Shown: positions 20,082-29,533 of the stretch, one piece after another
Numbering within the stretch: position 1 is the first letter of the stretch
How the letters are laid out: each line of letters begins with the position of its first letter
Assembly (NCBI GenBank): GCA_965218425.1
Contig: OZ244621.1
Coordinates: 1,824,001-1,888,000 of the forward strand
DNA: 64,000 bases
Direction: 5' to 3'
DNA from: an uncultured Candidatus Binatia bacterium
Lineage (GTDB): Bacteria > Desulfobacterota > Binatia > UBA9968 > CAXXLF01
Translations under genes and position numbers: made by a program
The notes under the pieces: model-generated
What the model was told of the DNA's origin: nothing
The model's input: only the letters and a program-made list of their open reading frames with translations
Databases searched by the model: none

Positions 20082-20141
20082 TTGCCCACGGCATTTGAGC
20101 TCGATCCCCGAGGAGAATGCGGGCTCGGGGGCCTGCCCCTT
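20082..20141. repeat. Dispersed intergenic repeat, copy 1 (copy 2 at 60446-60564)
   Basis: Shared TTGCCyACGGC..GCTCGwTCCCCGAGGA and GAGAATGnnGGCTCGGGGGCCTGCCCCTT. Confidence 0.65.
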
Positions 20142-20154
20142 CGGATAGTGAGAG

Positions 20155-20955
20155 CTAAATCTTTTTCCAGAAACGGTAGAAGTGGTGAACAGGGCTATGG
20201 CCGTTGCCAATGGGGAAGCCGTTACGAATGGCACGGGTGATAAATTGTTTCGCCTCCACAACGGCCTTGTCTAATTTTCTTCCCTTTGCCAGGTTCGCGG
20301 CTATGGCTGCAGAATAGGTGCAGCCAGTCCCGTGTGTATTGGCTGTGGAAATCCTGGCGGCGGTTAGCTCACGAAATATTTTTCCATCGTAGAAAATATC
20401 TTTAGCCGCTCCCTTCCTATGACCTCCTTTGATCACCACGTTTTTCGCCCCCATGTCCATGAGACGCCTGGCGGCGTCTTTTAAGTCTTTCATTCGGGTG
20501 ACGGCAATTCCAGTGAGCTCCTCTGCTTCAGGGATATTGGGGGTAACGATGGTGGCTAGCGGGATCAGCCGAGAGCGAAGGGTCTCAAGGGCATCCTTTC
20601 GTAACAGGATATCTCCGCCCTTGGCCACCATGACCGGGTCCACGACGAGGTTTCGCAGACCATGTTCCCGGATCTTTTCCGCTACAACGGTAATGATCTC
20701 AGCGTTTGCCAGCATACCCGTTTTGAGGGCAGAGGCGCCGATGTCCTGGATCACCGCATCCATCTGAGCGGCGATCATTGCCGGAGGCAGTTCCATCACC
20801 TGGGCCACTCTTTGAGTATTCTGCGCGGTGATGGCGGTGATGACAGAAGTCCCATAGACGCCAAAGGCGGCGAAGGTTTTTAGGTCCGCCTGAGCTCCCG
20901 CCCCAGCCCCTGAGTCTGACCCTGCAATGGTCATGGCTTTATATACGGCCTGCAT
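20155..20955 (-). CDS. thiD: Hydroxymethylpyrimidine/phosphomethylpyrimidine kinase
   Basis: TIAGSDSGAGAGAQADLKTF, VVDPVM, TPNIPEA, KGGH, HGTGCT. Confidence 0.97.
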   Translation of the reverse strand: MQAVYKAMTIAGSDSGAGAGAQADLKTFAAFGVYGTSVITAITAQNTQRVAQVMELPPAMIAAQMDAVIQDIGASALKTGMLANAEIITVVAEKIREHGLRNLVVDPVMVAKGGDILLRKDALETLRSRLIPLATIVTPNIPEAEELTGIAVTRMKDLKDAARRLMDMGAKNVVIKGGHRKGAAKDIFYDGKIFRELTAARISTANTHGTGCTYSAAIAANLAKGRKLDKAVVEAKQFITRAIRNGFPIGNGHSPVHHFYRFWKKI

Positions 20956-21136
20956 GGAAACCCATCCTAGCCCCGATCTCTTAAAAGATCGAGTGCCCCT
21001 CCAGAGCTACGAGTAACGAGGACCGAGTGGGGAGAAGAACGGCGTGAGGGATAGGGTTAAGTGTAAGCAGCTCTCTGTGCTTTTCACTGAATGGCTGCCC
21101 GCTGCTCACTGCCGACTGATTTTGCATTGTGCATTC

Positions 21137-21979
21137 TTAGGTGGGGTCGCTTTGCCTTCCAGCGGCGGCGCGTTCAATAAAGCTCTTCAATGCCGCAAAG
21201 TAGGGGTCCCCGCCCACGGTGAAGGTATTGTTATGCTTGGCTCCGCGGATTGTGTAAAACTCCTTCGGCTCCAGGGCCGCATCGAAAACCATTTTCCCCT
21301 GGACGAAGGGAACAATGTCATCCTGGTCTCCATGCAATACCAGGACAGGTTGCTGTACCCGTTTAATATTTGCCAAGACGTCGTATTCAGTGCTCAAGAA
21401 TGGGCCAATGGGAAGGTACGGGAAGACCGCCTTGGCCATCTCCCGAATGGAAGCGAAGGGAGTCTCAAGGATAAGGGCAAGGGCCTCTTCCCGATGGGCT
21501 AGGTACGCTGCCACAGCGGCTCCCAGTGAACGGCCAAATATGACGATTCGCTTGGGGGCGATGTCCTTTTGACTACGCAGATAATGGTATGCAGCCAGAG
21601 CGTCTTTGTAGGTTCCCTCCTCCGATACCCGGCCCTCGCTTCTCCCGTAACCGCGGTAATCGACGATGAATATATGTGTTTTAACCTTCTCGTGGATCAG
21701 CCTTATGTTCTGTAACCGGTGACTGATATTGCCGGCATTGCCGTGAAACCATAGCAGCGTATCTTCTCCCTCCGGTGACGGAATGAACCAGCCGTTTAGC
21801 TTCACGTCGTCTTCGGTGGTGAAATAGATGTCTTCGTAAGGCAGACCCAACTCCTTGGGGGTCCCGTCCATGCCGGAGGTGGGATAGAAAATTAAAGAGT
21901 TTTCCATCTGGCAGCTCCACAGAAATGGGAGGACCGGGATGAGGAGGACAAGTTTCAGGACCCTCCGATATAGGGCCAT
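21137..21979 (-). CDS. Alpha/beta hydrolase (ABHD-like)
   Basis: FHGNAGNI, DYRGYGRSEG, GRSLG, HGDQDDIVP, HNN. Confidence 0.92.
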   Translation of the reverse strand: MALYRRVLKLVLLIPVLPFLWSCQMENSLIFYPTSGMDGTPKELGLPYEDIYFTTEDDVKLNGWFIPSPEGEDTLLWFHGNAGNISHRLQNIRLIHEKVKTHIFIVDYRGYGRSEGRVSEEGTYKDALAAYHYLRSQKDIAPKRIVIFGRSLGAAVAAYLAHREEALALILETPFASIREMAKAVFPYLPIGPFLSTEYDVLANIKRVQQPVLVLHGDQDDIVPFVQGKMVFDAALEPKEFYTIRGAKHNNTFTVGGDPYFAALKSFIERAAAGRQSDPT

Positions 21980-22102
21980 ACGGTATTCAGATCCAGGATC
22001 TGACTCCTGTGTGCCTTTCGAGATCGTTTTGCCAATGGATGACTTTGGAGATTGTAGTTTCGGGATGCTGGCTTTGTTATGGGTCGTGCTGGACGTGACA
22101 TT

Positions 22103-22623
22103 CTAATGCTTGCGTTCGTCTCTTAGTTTCCACTCTAGACCGTCAATAATGCACTCCACGCTGGCCCGGAGAATGTCCTCGGCGACTCCGACGGTTCCCC
22201 AGCTTTCTTGACCGTCGGTAAAAATACCCAGAACCCGAACGGGCCCTCCGATTCCCAGTTCGTCATCATCACCGGGAACCTCACCGTGATGCAGCAACCG
22301 TACGTCAAACTCGGTCAACTGGACCTCGGAGAGCTGCGGGTAGTGCTTTTCTAGGACTTTACGCATGGCATTGTCCAGTGCATGGACTGGCCCGCGTCCA
22401 ACGCCTACCTCTTGCTCTTCGGTTCCAAAGATGTCCAATTGAACGGAAGCCTCGGTACGGCTCAAGGTTTGCTCCGTATTCTGAAAGTCCACCTGGTCGT
22501 CGATTTTGCAACGAATCACACGGAACGGTTTGAGGTAGTCTTCCCGCCTTCGAATGGACATGAGTTCAAAGGAAGCCCAAGCCCCATCCAGGCGAAAAAA
22601 TCCTCTTTAAGATCCTTTTTCAT
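22103..22623 (-). CDS. Stand-alone CimA/LeuA C-terminal regulatory-domain protein (frameshift near 5' end; continuous ORF 22103-22561)
   Basis: ASFELM, GRGPVHALDNAMRKVL, VRVL, WGTVGVAEDILRAS match the alpha-IPM/citramalate synthase regulatory domain. Confidence 0.75.
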
Positions 22624-22796
22624 AAGCCCCTCCTTTGGTTTCGCCAGCCCTTTTATTATATCGCTGTGAGCATGGGGTAGCTAGGGGCAAATGTTACAAT
22701 CTTAAGGGGTTATAGAAGAGGAAGAGCTAGGTGCATGATTCCCGCCCGCGAAAATGACCTTCCCCAGGGTACATAAATTTGATATCATTTTATACG

Positions 22797-23369
22797 ATGC
22801 AAAAGACAATCACCGGCGAACGAATGCATACCTTCTTTCTCAAGCTCACCCGTCAGAGCTTCTGGGAGCTCGGCATCAACGATCCTTTGGTGGCGGAGTA
22901 TGTGGCAGATGTGTTGACCGATTTCGTACGAGCTGAAAACCTCACCAAGATACGATCTCGGCCGGAAAAGAAATTGGAGAGCGTGGTGGAAGTGCTGGCT
23001 GAAAGCAAAGAGGATACTTTGCGCGATAACCCTACCCTGCTACAAGAAAGGGCCGTACGTAAACATGTTGGGGACTACGCGTTGTTCATGAGCGGCATCT
23101 TCCGGTCCTATGTGGAACATCATGGGTTTCTCGACTACTATCTCCAAGAGGGGAGCCGGTCCTATTGGACGGTATCGGAGTTGGACCTTTCCCTGTACCG
23201 GACGGGTTTTCTTCTCTACCAGGAGCTCTCCAAAAAATTTGAATATTTCTCCGGTGCCCTCGACTATATGCGCAAAGCTTATTTTGTTCCCGAGCCGGGG
23301 AAAGATCCGTTTGCGGGCTTTCTAAAACAGATTGAGGGTTGGATGAGAGTTAACATAACCGAAAATTAA
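22797..23369 (+). CDS. Hypothetical protein
   Basis: Long ORF with helical, protein-like composition (KHVGDYALFMSGIF); no family recognised. Confidence 0.75.
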   Translation: MQKTITGERMHTFFLKLTRQSFWELGINDPLVAEYVADVLTDFVRAENLTKIRSRPEKKLESVVEVLAESKEDTLRDNPTLLQERAVRKHVGDYALFMSGIFRSYVEHHGFLDYYLQEGSRSYWTVSELDLSLYRTGFLLYQELSKKFEYFSGALDYMRKAYFVPEPGKDPFAGFLKQIEGWMRVNITEN

Positions 23370-23467
23370 TTGGCTCCAGCCTCCATCCTCAAAAACCTTC
23401 CCACATTCGTCCGTTCCTTTTTGGGCTGTTTGCTTTGAGCAGAAAAAAGAAATTTCGGGATTAATCT

Positions 23468-24478
23468 GTGAAAAAAATTCTACTCGGGACAATTTTCGTT
23501 TTCCTCTCAACGTTTTTATTCGTTGGGTTTTTAATTGTTTACATTTCGAATCCCTCCCAAAACGGGCGAGGTGTGGTGGAGCTTAAGGTGGAACGAGGGG
23601 AGCCCTTTTATTCAGTGGTACGGGGTCTGAAGGGAAAAGGGGTAATTACCAATGAGAGGCTGTTTACTCTCTGGGCTCGGATGTGGTCGCTGGATAAGCG
23701 AATTCACTGGGGGCTTTATCGGTTTGAACTACCCATGGCCCCTCGAAAAGTCCTGGATCAAATGGTTTTGGGAAGGGGAGCGTTTCATCGCATTACCGTC
23801 CCGGAGGGACTCACCCAGAGCGACATTGCCCAACTCCTGGAGAAAGAAGGATTGGTGCAAGGAGAGAGTTTTCTAAAAGCGGCCAATAGCCCGGAGATTC
23901 CTGCCCAGCTTGGTATCGAGGCCAAGCAGGTGGAAGGCTACCTCTTTCCGGATACCTACTATTTTCCGGCTTCGGTCACAGAAAAGGACATCCTGGTTGC
24001 CATGGTCGAGCATTTTAAAGAGAGCTTTTCCCCACTGATGGAGGAGCAGGCTGGAGCATTGGGGCTCAAGAGACACGAAGTGGTAACTCTGGCGTCTCTC
24101 GTGGAGAAGGAGGCCAGCGTAGAGGCGGAGCGCCCCCTTGTCTCAGCCGTCTTTCATAATCGATTGAGAGGTGGCATTCCCCTTCAAAGCGACCCCACTG
24201 TGATTTATGGTCTCAAGGAGTTCACCGGGAACTTGACACGAAAAGACCTCAGGCGACCCAGCCCGTACAACACCTATCTTATCCGAGGGCTTCCACCCGG
24301 GCCCATCTGTAATCCTGGGCTGTCTTCACTCCAGGCCGCACTTTTGCCAGCCGAGGTGGAATACCTGTACTTTGTTTCCAAGAACGATGGTACCCATTTC
24401 TTTTCCAAGACCATCCGGGAACACAATCGAGCGGTAAACCGGTATCAAAGGTCCCGTCGCCGCTTCACCGGGCGGTAA
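23468..24478 (+). CDS. mltG: Endolytic transglycosylase MltG
   Basis: N-terminal TM, TVPEG, EGYLFPDTY, LASLVEKE, LQSDPTVIY, SPYNTY..GLPPGPICNPG. Confidence 0.97.
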   Translation: MKKILLGTIFVFLSTFLFVGFLIVYISNPSQNGRGVVELKVERGEPFYSVVRGLKGKGVITNERLFTLWARMWSLDKRIHWGLYRFELPMAPRKVLDQMVLGRGAFHRITVPEGLTQSDIAQLLEKEGLVQGESFLKAANSPEIPAQLGIEAKQVEGYLFPDTYYFPASVTEKDILVAMVEHFKESFSPLMEEQAGALGLKRHEVVTLASLVEKEASVEAERPLVSAVFHNRLRGGIPLQSDPTVIYGLKEFTGNLTRKDLRRPSPYNTYLIRGLPPGPICNPGLSSLQAALLPAEVEYLYFVSKNDGTHFFSKTIREHNRAVNRYQRSRRRFTGR

Positions 24479-24518
24479 CTTTAGAGGGAACCGATCCCCT
24501 TACAGGTCCAGTCATGTT

Positions 24519-25402
24519 ATGTATGTGGGCATGGCGGGCAGCTCACATAGCGAGAAAGGGCTCCCAGAAGGCTTGGTGAATGATCTGCATCGTCGACTCC
24601 GGTGGCATGGATTCTGGGACAGCCTCCTGAGCTTTTCGCCACCGCTTCTCGCCTTCTCCTGTCTGATATTCTCATTTTTTTACGCCGGATGGATTGCCAT
24701 GGAGGTGGCGGTTTTCACCTTCGCAGCGGGTCTTGGATTGTTCTTGGGTTTTGATGTGTGTTTGGGTGGGTAAATCTGACGGTAGCGTCCGTTGCCCGAT
24801 TGATTGACAACAGACTTCCCCCATCGATTCAGAAAATCCTTCTTTGCCTCGTTGATCGGTTCACTCATCCTTGTTTTGTTGGCCCAAGTTGTTCTACGGA
24901 CGACTCTTTATAGTTCACCCCAGGCTAATTCCATCAAGGGGCTTTCGGCGTTGGCTCGACAGCTTTCACAGGTTCCCGCTTCTGCGCAAGGCCCCGCGGA
25001 AAGTTTGGAAAAGGGTCAAGGAGTGAAGGAGGGCATGGAGATGGAAAGGATAAACCCGGAAGTGCAAACGGCGTGGGGGGAAAAGGGGAGACGTGTCAAA
25101 GGCGCAGACCGAGGGAAAGGGAACGAAGGATGGGCAGGACAAAATGCCCTCGGGGAAATTCCCCAGCGCTATTGCAAGGCTGACGAGAGGGGAGAGAAGG
25201 GAATCGAGGGGGCGCGCTACATCATTGTGGAGCTACCTGATACGGAGGGAGCCTCAGAGGTTTCGGTGACCTCAAAAAGTCGTAAGGAGTTGCGTGGGTC
25301 TAAAGTCCCTGTTAGCAACGTTCCGTTGCCCCCGCGGTCGGGTCGGGACGCGCCCCTTGGGAAGCAACGGTTCCTTTAGAATATCGAGGGATGCTGCGCT
25401 AA
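24519..25402 (+). pseudogene. Decayed membrane-anchored hypothetical gene
   Basis: Successive broken ORFs 24519-24773 and 24804-25379 with TM segments, and a shifted terminus ..PLEYRGMLR*. Confidence 0.5.
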
Positions 25403-25508
25403 CAATAGAGCAACGATGGAACCACAGAGACTGCAAAAGATCCTGTCACGGCTGGAGATTGAGGATTTTATACCTCGCCGAGGCGTTTAAATCATAGGGT
25501 TTTAAAAC

Positions 25509-26509
25509 GTGGGACAGAAGAAGGCGAAGAAAACCGAGAGTGTCGGCGCCGGGCGGCGGCGCAGGAAACCGGCAGGGGCCTCCGCTGGATTAGCGCCCAC
25601 GGAACTGCAGCCCACGGCAGTGCCCCGGGAGGTTGACGGGATCCGGCAGGAGGTGGAAAGCGACGGTGGGAAGGTGATCGGTGTTTTTAGAGAACCATAC
25701 GCGGGACGCTGGGTGGTTTTGGCCGCCCTCCCGATCCATCAGGTTGAGCCCACGCCCTAATCAGCGCAATCTGTCGGACCCCCATGTTCGAAAGCTCGAA
25801 GGGGCCATCGGTACTCTCGGGCGATTTTTGGATCCCATCATCGTGGTTCGCCCGCAGAAATCCATTGAGGGTGATGTCAAGTACTGGACTCCCAACGGGC
25901 ATCACCGTCTATCCGCCATGCGTACCTTGGGAGCGAAGAGTATAACGGCGCTTTTAGTTCCGGAGGCTTCCCTGGCCTATCAAGTCTTGGCGTTGAACAC
26001 GGAAAAGGCCCATAACTTAAAGGGAGAAGGCCTTGGAAGTGATTCGCATGTACAAAGAGCTTTCAGCTTTGGATGATACCAGTACCGCCTACAGCTTGGA
26101 GTTCGAGGAACCGGCCCTCATTACTTTGGGACTCTGTTATGAACAGAGACCGCGCTTTAGCGGCGGGGCCTACAATCCAATCCTCAGACGTGTGGATCAG
26201 TTCCTGAATCAACCCCTCCGAAAAACACTGGAGGTTCGAGAAAAGAGGGCGAAGACGTTATTGGAATTGGACGACGCGGTGATTCAACAGGTGGAGACCC
26301 TGAAGGCCCGGGGACTCACCAGTCCTTATTTGAAGAGTTTTGTAGTGGCTCGCATTAATCCGGTCCGCTTCCGACCCAAGGATAGCGATCCCCTCAGCTT
26401 CGACGAAGCCCTGGGGCGTATGAGCAAGGCCCTAGAGAGATTCAACCCGGACAAGATTAAAATGGAAGACCTGGCACGGTCCGGCGGAGCGCCTGAGGAA
26501 AGCAGATGA
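25509..26509 (+). pseudogene. ParB N-terminal-domain protein with two +1 frameshifts
   Basis: VEPTP/QRNLS, FLDPIIVV, TPNGHHRL, LNTEKAHNL/REKALEVIRM; three ORFs join if one A is removed at ~25759 and one at ~26020. Confidence 0.8.
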
Positions 26510-26564
26510 CACGAGCTAATGAGTGAAAGGAATCGGCCGCTAAAATTTGACTATGGTCCGTGAG

Positions 26565-27140
26565 TCATTTTTGGCCCAGTAGCTGTGCCCGGTACGATTC
26601 TTTGCCACCGTCCAAAAACCTTCCCTCCCGATAGCACAGAATTCGAATGTCACCGAAAAGATCTGGTAACTCATTGTATTGGAGTAGATAGGCCGGGTTC
26701 CTGGGATGACCCATGGCCTGCTGATCAATGAGGTAGGCGTCGAAGATGATGTGGCCTCCAGGTCGGAGGGCTTTTTTAATTCCGGGAATAATGGGTCGTA
26801 GAAGAAAATTAACATTCAGTATCAGGTCGTAGACGGAATCAGGGAACTCGAAACTTGCCAAATCCGCCCGTATTAAGTTCAGTGATCGGCCTTGCGCCTC
26901 AGCGTGTTTCCGGGCCTGCCTTAGCCCCGCCTCTGAAATATCGATGACATCCACCGCAAATCCCTTCTCGGCCAGGAAGAGGGCGTTTCGTCCCTTACCC
27001 GTGGCGATATCAAGGGCGCGTCCCGGCTGGATCCGCCACGGCCCGCTCTGAATAATCTGTCGCAAGAAGGCTGCTGGTTCGCCTGGTTCATCCTCCGCGG
27101 TGTGCTTCGAATCCCATCTCGATCTATCATCGGTGGCCAT
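26565..27140 (-). CDS. Class I SAM-dependent methyltransferase (TehB-like)
   Basis: RALDIATGKGRNALFLAEKGF, DISE, LRPGG. Confidence 0.9.
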   Translation of the reverse strand: MATDDRSRWDSKHTAEDEPGEPAAFLRQIIQSGPWRIQPGRALDIATGKGRNALFLAEKGFAVDVIDISEAGLRQARKHAEAQGRSLNLIRADLASFEFPDSVYDLILNVNFLLRPIIPGIKKALRPGGHIIFDAYLIDQQAMGHPRNPAYLLQYNELPDLFGDIRILCYREGRFLDGGKESYRAQLLGQK

Positions 27141-27322
27141 AGTTTTCAGGCTTTACAGGTGTTGCGGATTGTCCTGTTGGATGAAGATACCAACACCAAA
27201 CGCTACCATGAAGAGCAGAAAAATCTCAATGAAGCTGTGCTCGGCACCCCAAGGCCCTGTCAAGGGGTTGAGCGTGCTTCTATAAGTGCTGCCCTCCCGT
27301 CGCTTCAGTGGTCCCGCGGCGG

Positions 27323-27362
27323 GCAGCATCGAAACTCGCTGCGCTCAACCGGTCGATGCTGC
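27323..27362. repeat. REP-like perfect 10-bp inverted repeat
   Basis: GCAGCATCGA-N20-TCGATGCTGC with loop AACTCGCTGCGCTCAACC. Confidence 0.55.
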
Positions 27363-27435
27363 TCATCCTCAGCCTCGCAGAGGCTTCCAACGCCCCAGAA
27401 CCAAACTTTCGCTCAGGCACAGCGGTTCCTTTTGA

Positions 27436-28140
27436 ATGGATCGTGGGGTGACGGGGCTTGGCGAGCGAAATAAGGAAATTCCTCTGGTCGCATCATGGAA
27501 ATATGGAAGAGGCAAGGCCGTCGCCTTTGCGACGGATCTCCACGGTCGCTGGACAAAGGGTTGGATTGATTGGGATGGACTCGAAGAGTTTTGGCGCAGG
27601 ATCTTTCACTGGCTGGTTCCAATTAAAGACCCGTTACCGCCTTGCGAGGTGAGAATCAATCCTAGCGGCGGCCAGCCGGTTTGGGATTTGTTTCTCTATG
27701 GAGGGAAGGCGAAGTCTTCGGTCTTTCGTTATTCTTACCGTGGTAATAGAATCAAAGGTCAGGGATATCTCAGGAGCATCGCCCCAGGTCACTACCGCAG
27801 GGACCTTCCCTTTACTGCTCCTGGCGACTACCGCATAGAGCTGGCGCAGGTAACAGGGAAAGAAGAAACTCCCTTTCCACCACTTGGCTTTACACTCCCC
27901 TTTGACCCCAGGAGCGAAGTCCCGCGGGACCATCTCAATGCTCGGTTACTGGAGACACTGGCCCAAAGGACGGGCGGCGCCATTAACCCCGAAATGGGGG
28001 AACAGGTCAAACCAGCGAAGGTTCAACGCGTCATCCGGTCCCTTCGCACCTTTCCCATGCTCTTTGCCATGATTCTGTTTTTGCTGGAGACGTTGCTCGG
28101 CCGGTTGGTTCACTGGTGGGGTTGCACTTCGACCCTGTAA
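27436..28140 (+). pseudogene. C-terminal fragment of a vWA/glutamine-amidotransferase-like membrane protein
   Basis: PLVASWKYGRGKAVAFATD..RW..W, LLETLAQRTGG, C-terminal TM; no credible N-terminal part or SD. Confidence 0.6.
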
Positions 28141-28199
28141 TCCGCCTCATATGGACTTGGGCGTTTCGATTTATCCGTGGTGATGTGGTAAAAAAGCTC

Positions 28200-28487
28200 A
28201 TGGAGAAATCTTTGAATCAAGTTATATTCGATCTCGGTGCCAGGCTGGGCTCCCTTGAAGGTTACCTCTATGGGGAAGAGCGGGTGGAGAAGAAGTATCT
28301 GGCGGGCTGGCTGCAGAATATCGACAACCAGTTCTCGGGGCTCCCCCTTGAGACACAGAGGGAGATGGCCGGAGATTATGGGGAGGTCTTGAAAAAGGTG
28401 TTGGCCTTGCTCCAGAAAACCTTTGGTGATGGGGATGCCGATACCGTTAAATGTAAGGACATGACTGCCAAGTTAATTAGGAGGTAA
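28200..28487 (+). CDS. Hypothetical protein
   Basis: Helical ORF; its 3' end contains the AGGAGGT SD of the next gene. Confidence 0.65.
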   Translation: MEKSLNQVIFDLGARLGSLEGYLYGEERVEKKYLAGWLQNIDNQFSGLPLETQREMAGDYGEVLKKVLALLQKTFGDGDADTVKCKDMTAKLIRR

Positions 28488-28490
28488 CCA

Positions 28491-28688
28491 ATGAAGAGGG
28501 TTGTGATTGAAATGATCAACGGGGAGCTCACGGGTGGCAGCAACGCAGAGATTGGGCTCAAACTCGGCGACCTTATTACCCAAAGCCTCCATTGGTGGCG
28601 GAGCCATCTTGGCGATAAGGACCGCATCGGCCTTGGCCGATGGCGGGTGGAGTCCATTGAGGTGAAAGAGATTCCCGCCTCGAAGTAA
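28491..28688 (+). CDS. Hypothetical small protein (65 aa)
   Basis: Strong AGGAGGT SD upstream of ATG. Confidence 0.65.
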   Translation: MKRVVIEMINGELTGGSNAEIGLKLGDLITQSLHWWRSHLGDKDRIGLGRWRVESIEVKEIPASK

Positions 28689-28755
28689 GGGGTTCAAAAC
28701 TTGAACTAGGATTTTCCTTTGCCTAAGATGAAATGGCTCGGCGGATAACCCTTCC

Positions 28756-29361
28756 ATGATTTTGACGAAGCGGCAAAAAGAGATCCTTGATTACGTGTCC
28801 ACCTATACGGGACGAAATGGATACGCTCCGACCCTGGCGGAGATCGGGGCTCGCTTTGGCCTGACCTCCTTGGCCACGGTTCACAAGCATCTCACGAACT
28901 TGGAGGGAAAACGGCTGATCCGGAGGCATCGCAACCGGAGCCGGGCTGTGGAAGTGATCAGCGATACGCGGAGAAAAAGAGGTTCCGTGGAAGTTCCCCT
29001 GCTGGGAATGGTTGCGGCGGGGGCGCCCATTGAAGCCGTGGAGATAGCTGATAACCTTGCGGTCCCTGACGAATTGGTCCGGGGGGATAACGTGTTTTTG
29101 CTTAAGGTCAAAGGCGATTCCATGATCGATGAACAGATCCTGGACGGTGACCTCATCCTTGTGCAGGCCCGGGCTGACGCTGAAAATGGGGAGACAGTGG
29201 TTGCGCTTGTGAACGGGGGCTCTACGGTCAAGAAGTTCTACCGAGAGGATGGAGGTAGAATCCGATTGCAACCGGCCAATGAGAGAGTAGGACCCATATG
29301 GGTGTCCGAGGGCGGGGTGGAGATCCGTGGCGTGGTGGTAGCCGTCATTCGAAAGTACTAG
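28756..29361 (+). CDS. lexA: Transcriptional repressor LexA
   Basis: LTKRQKEIL wHTH, PTLAEI, VAAGAPI cleavage site, GDSM Ser, TVKK Lys. Confidence 0.97.
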   Translation: MILTKRQKEILDYVSTYTGRNGYAPTLAEIGARFGLTSLATVHKHLTNLEGKRLIRRHRNRSRAVEVISDTRRKRGSVEVPLLGMVAAGAPIEAVEIADNLAVPDELVRGDNVFLLKVKGDSMIDEQILDGDLILVQARADAENGETVVALVNGGSTVKKFYREDGGRIRLQPANERVGPIWVSEGGVEIRGVVVAVIRKY

Positions 29362-29533
29362 GCCATAGCAACATCACGATTTCGGCTCGGAAATTAACGG
29401 AAAGTGACGCCGTGACGCCAAGAAAGGCCGATAAATCCACCGTCTCAATAAGCTTCCTGCGTGGCGAGGGCCGAAAAATTCTCCGCCCTCCCATAGGTTA
29501 TTTTTGATCGCTCCTTCCCCAGGACACTGAACG

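Noticed and set aside
20956..21136. TPP riboswitch upstream of thiD
   Set aside because: Conserved GCTGAGA and CCTGAT..TAAT..GCGNAGGGA elements not found on the minus strand
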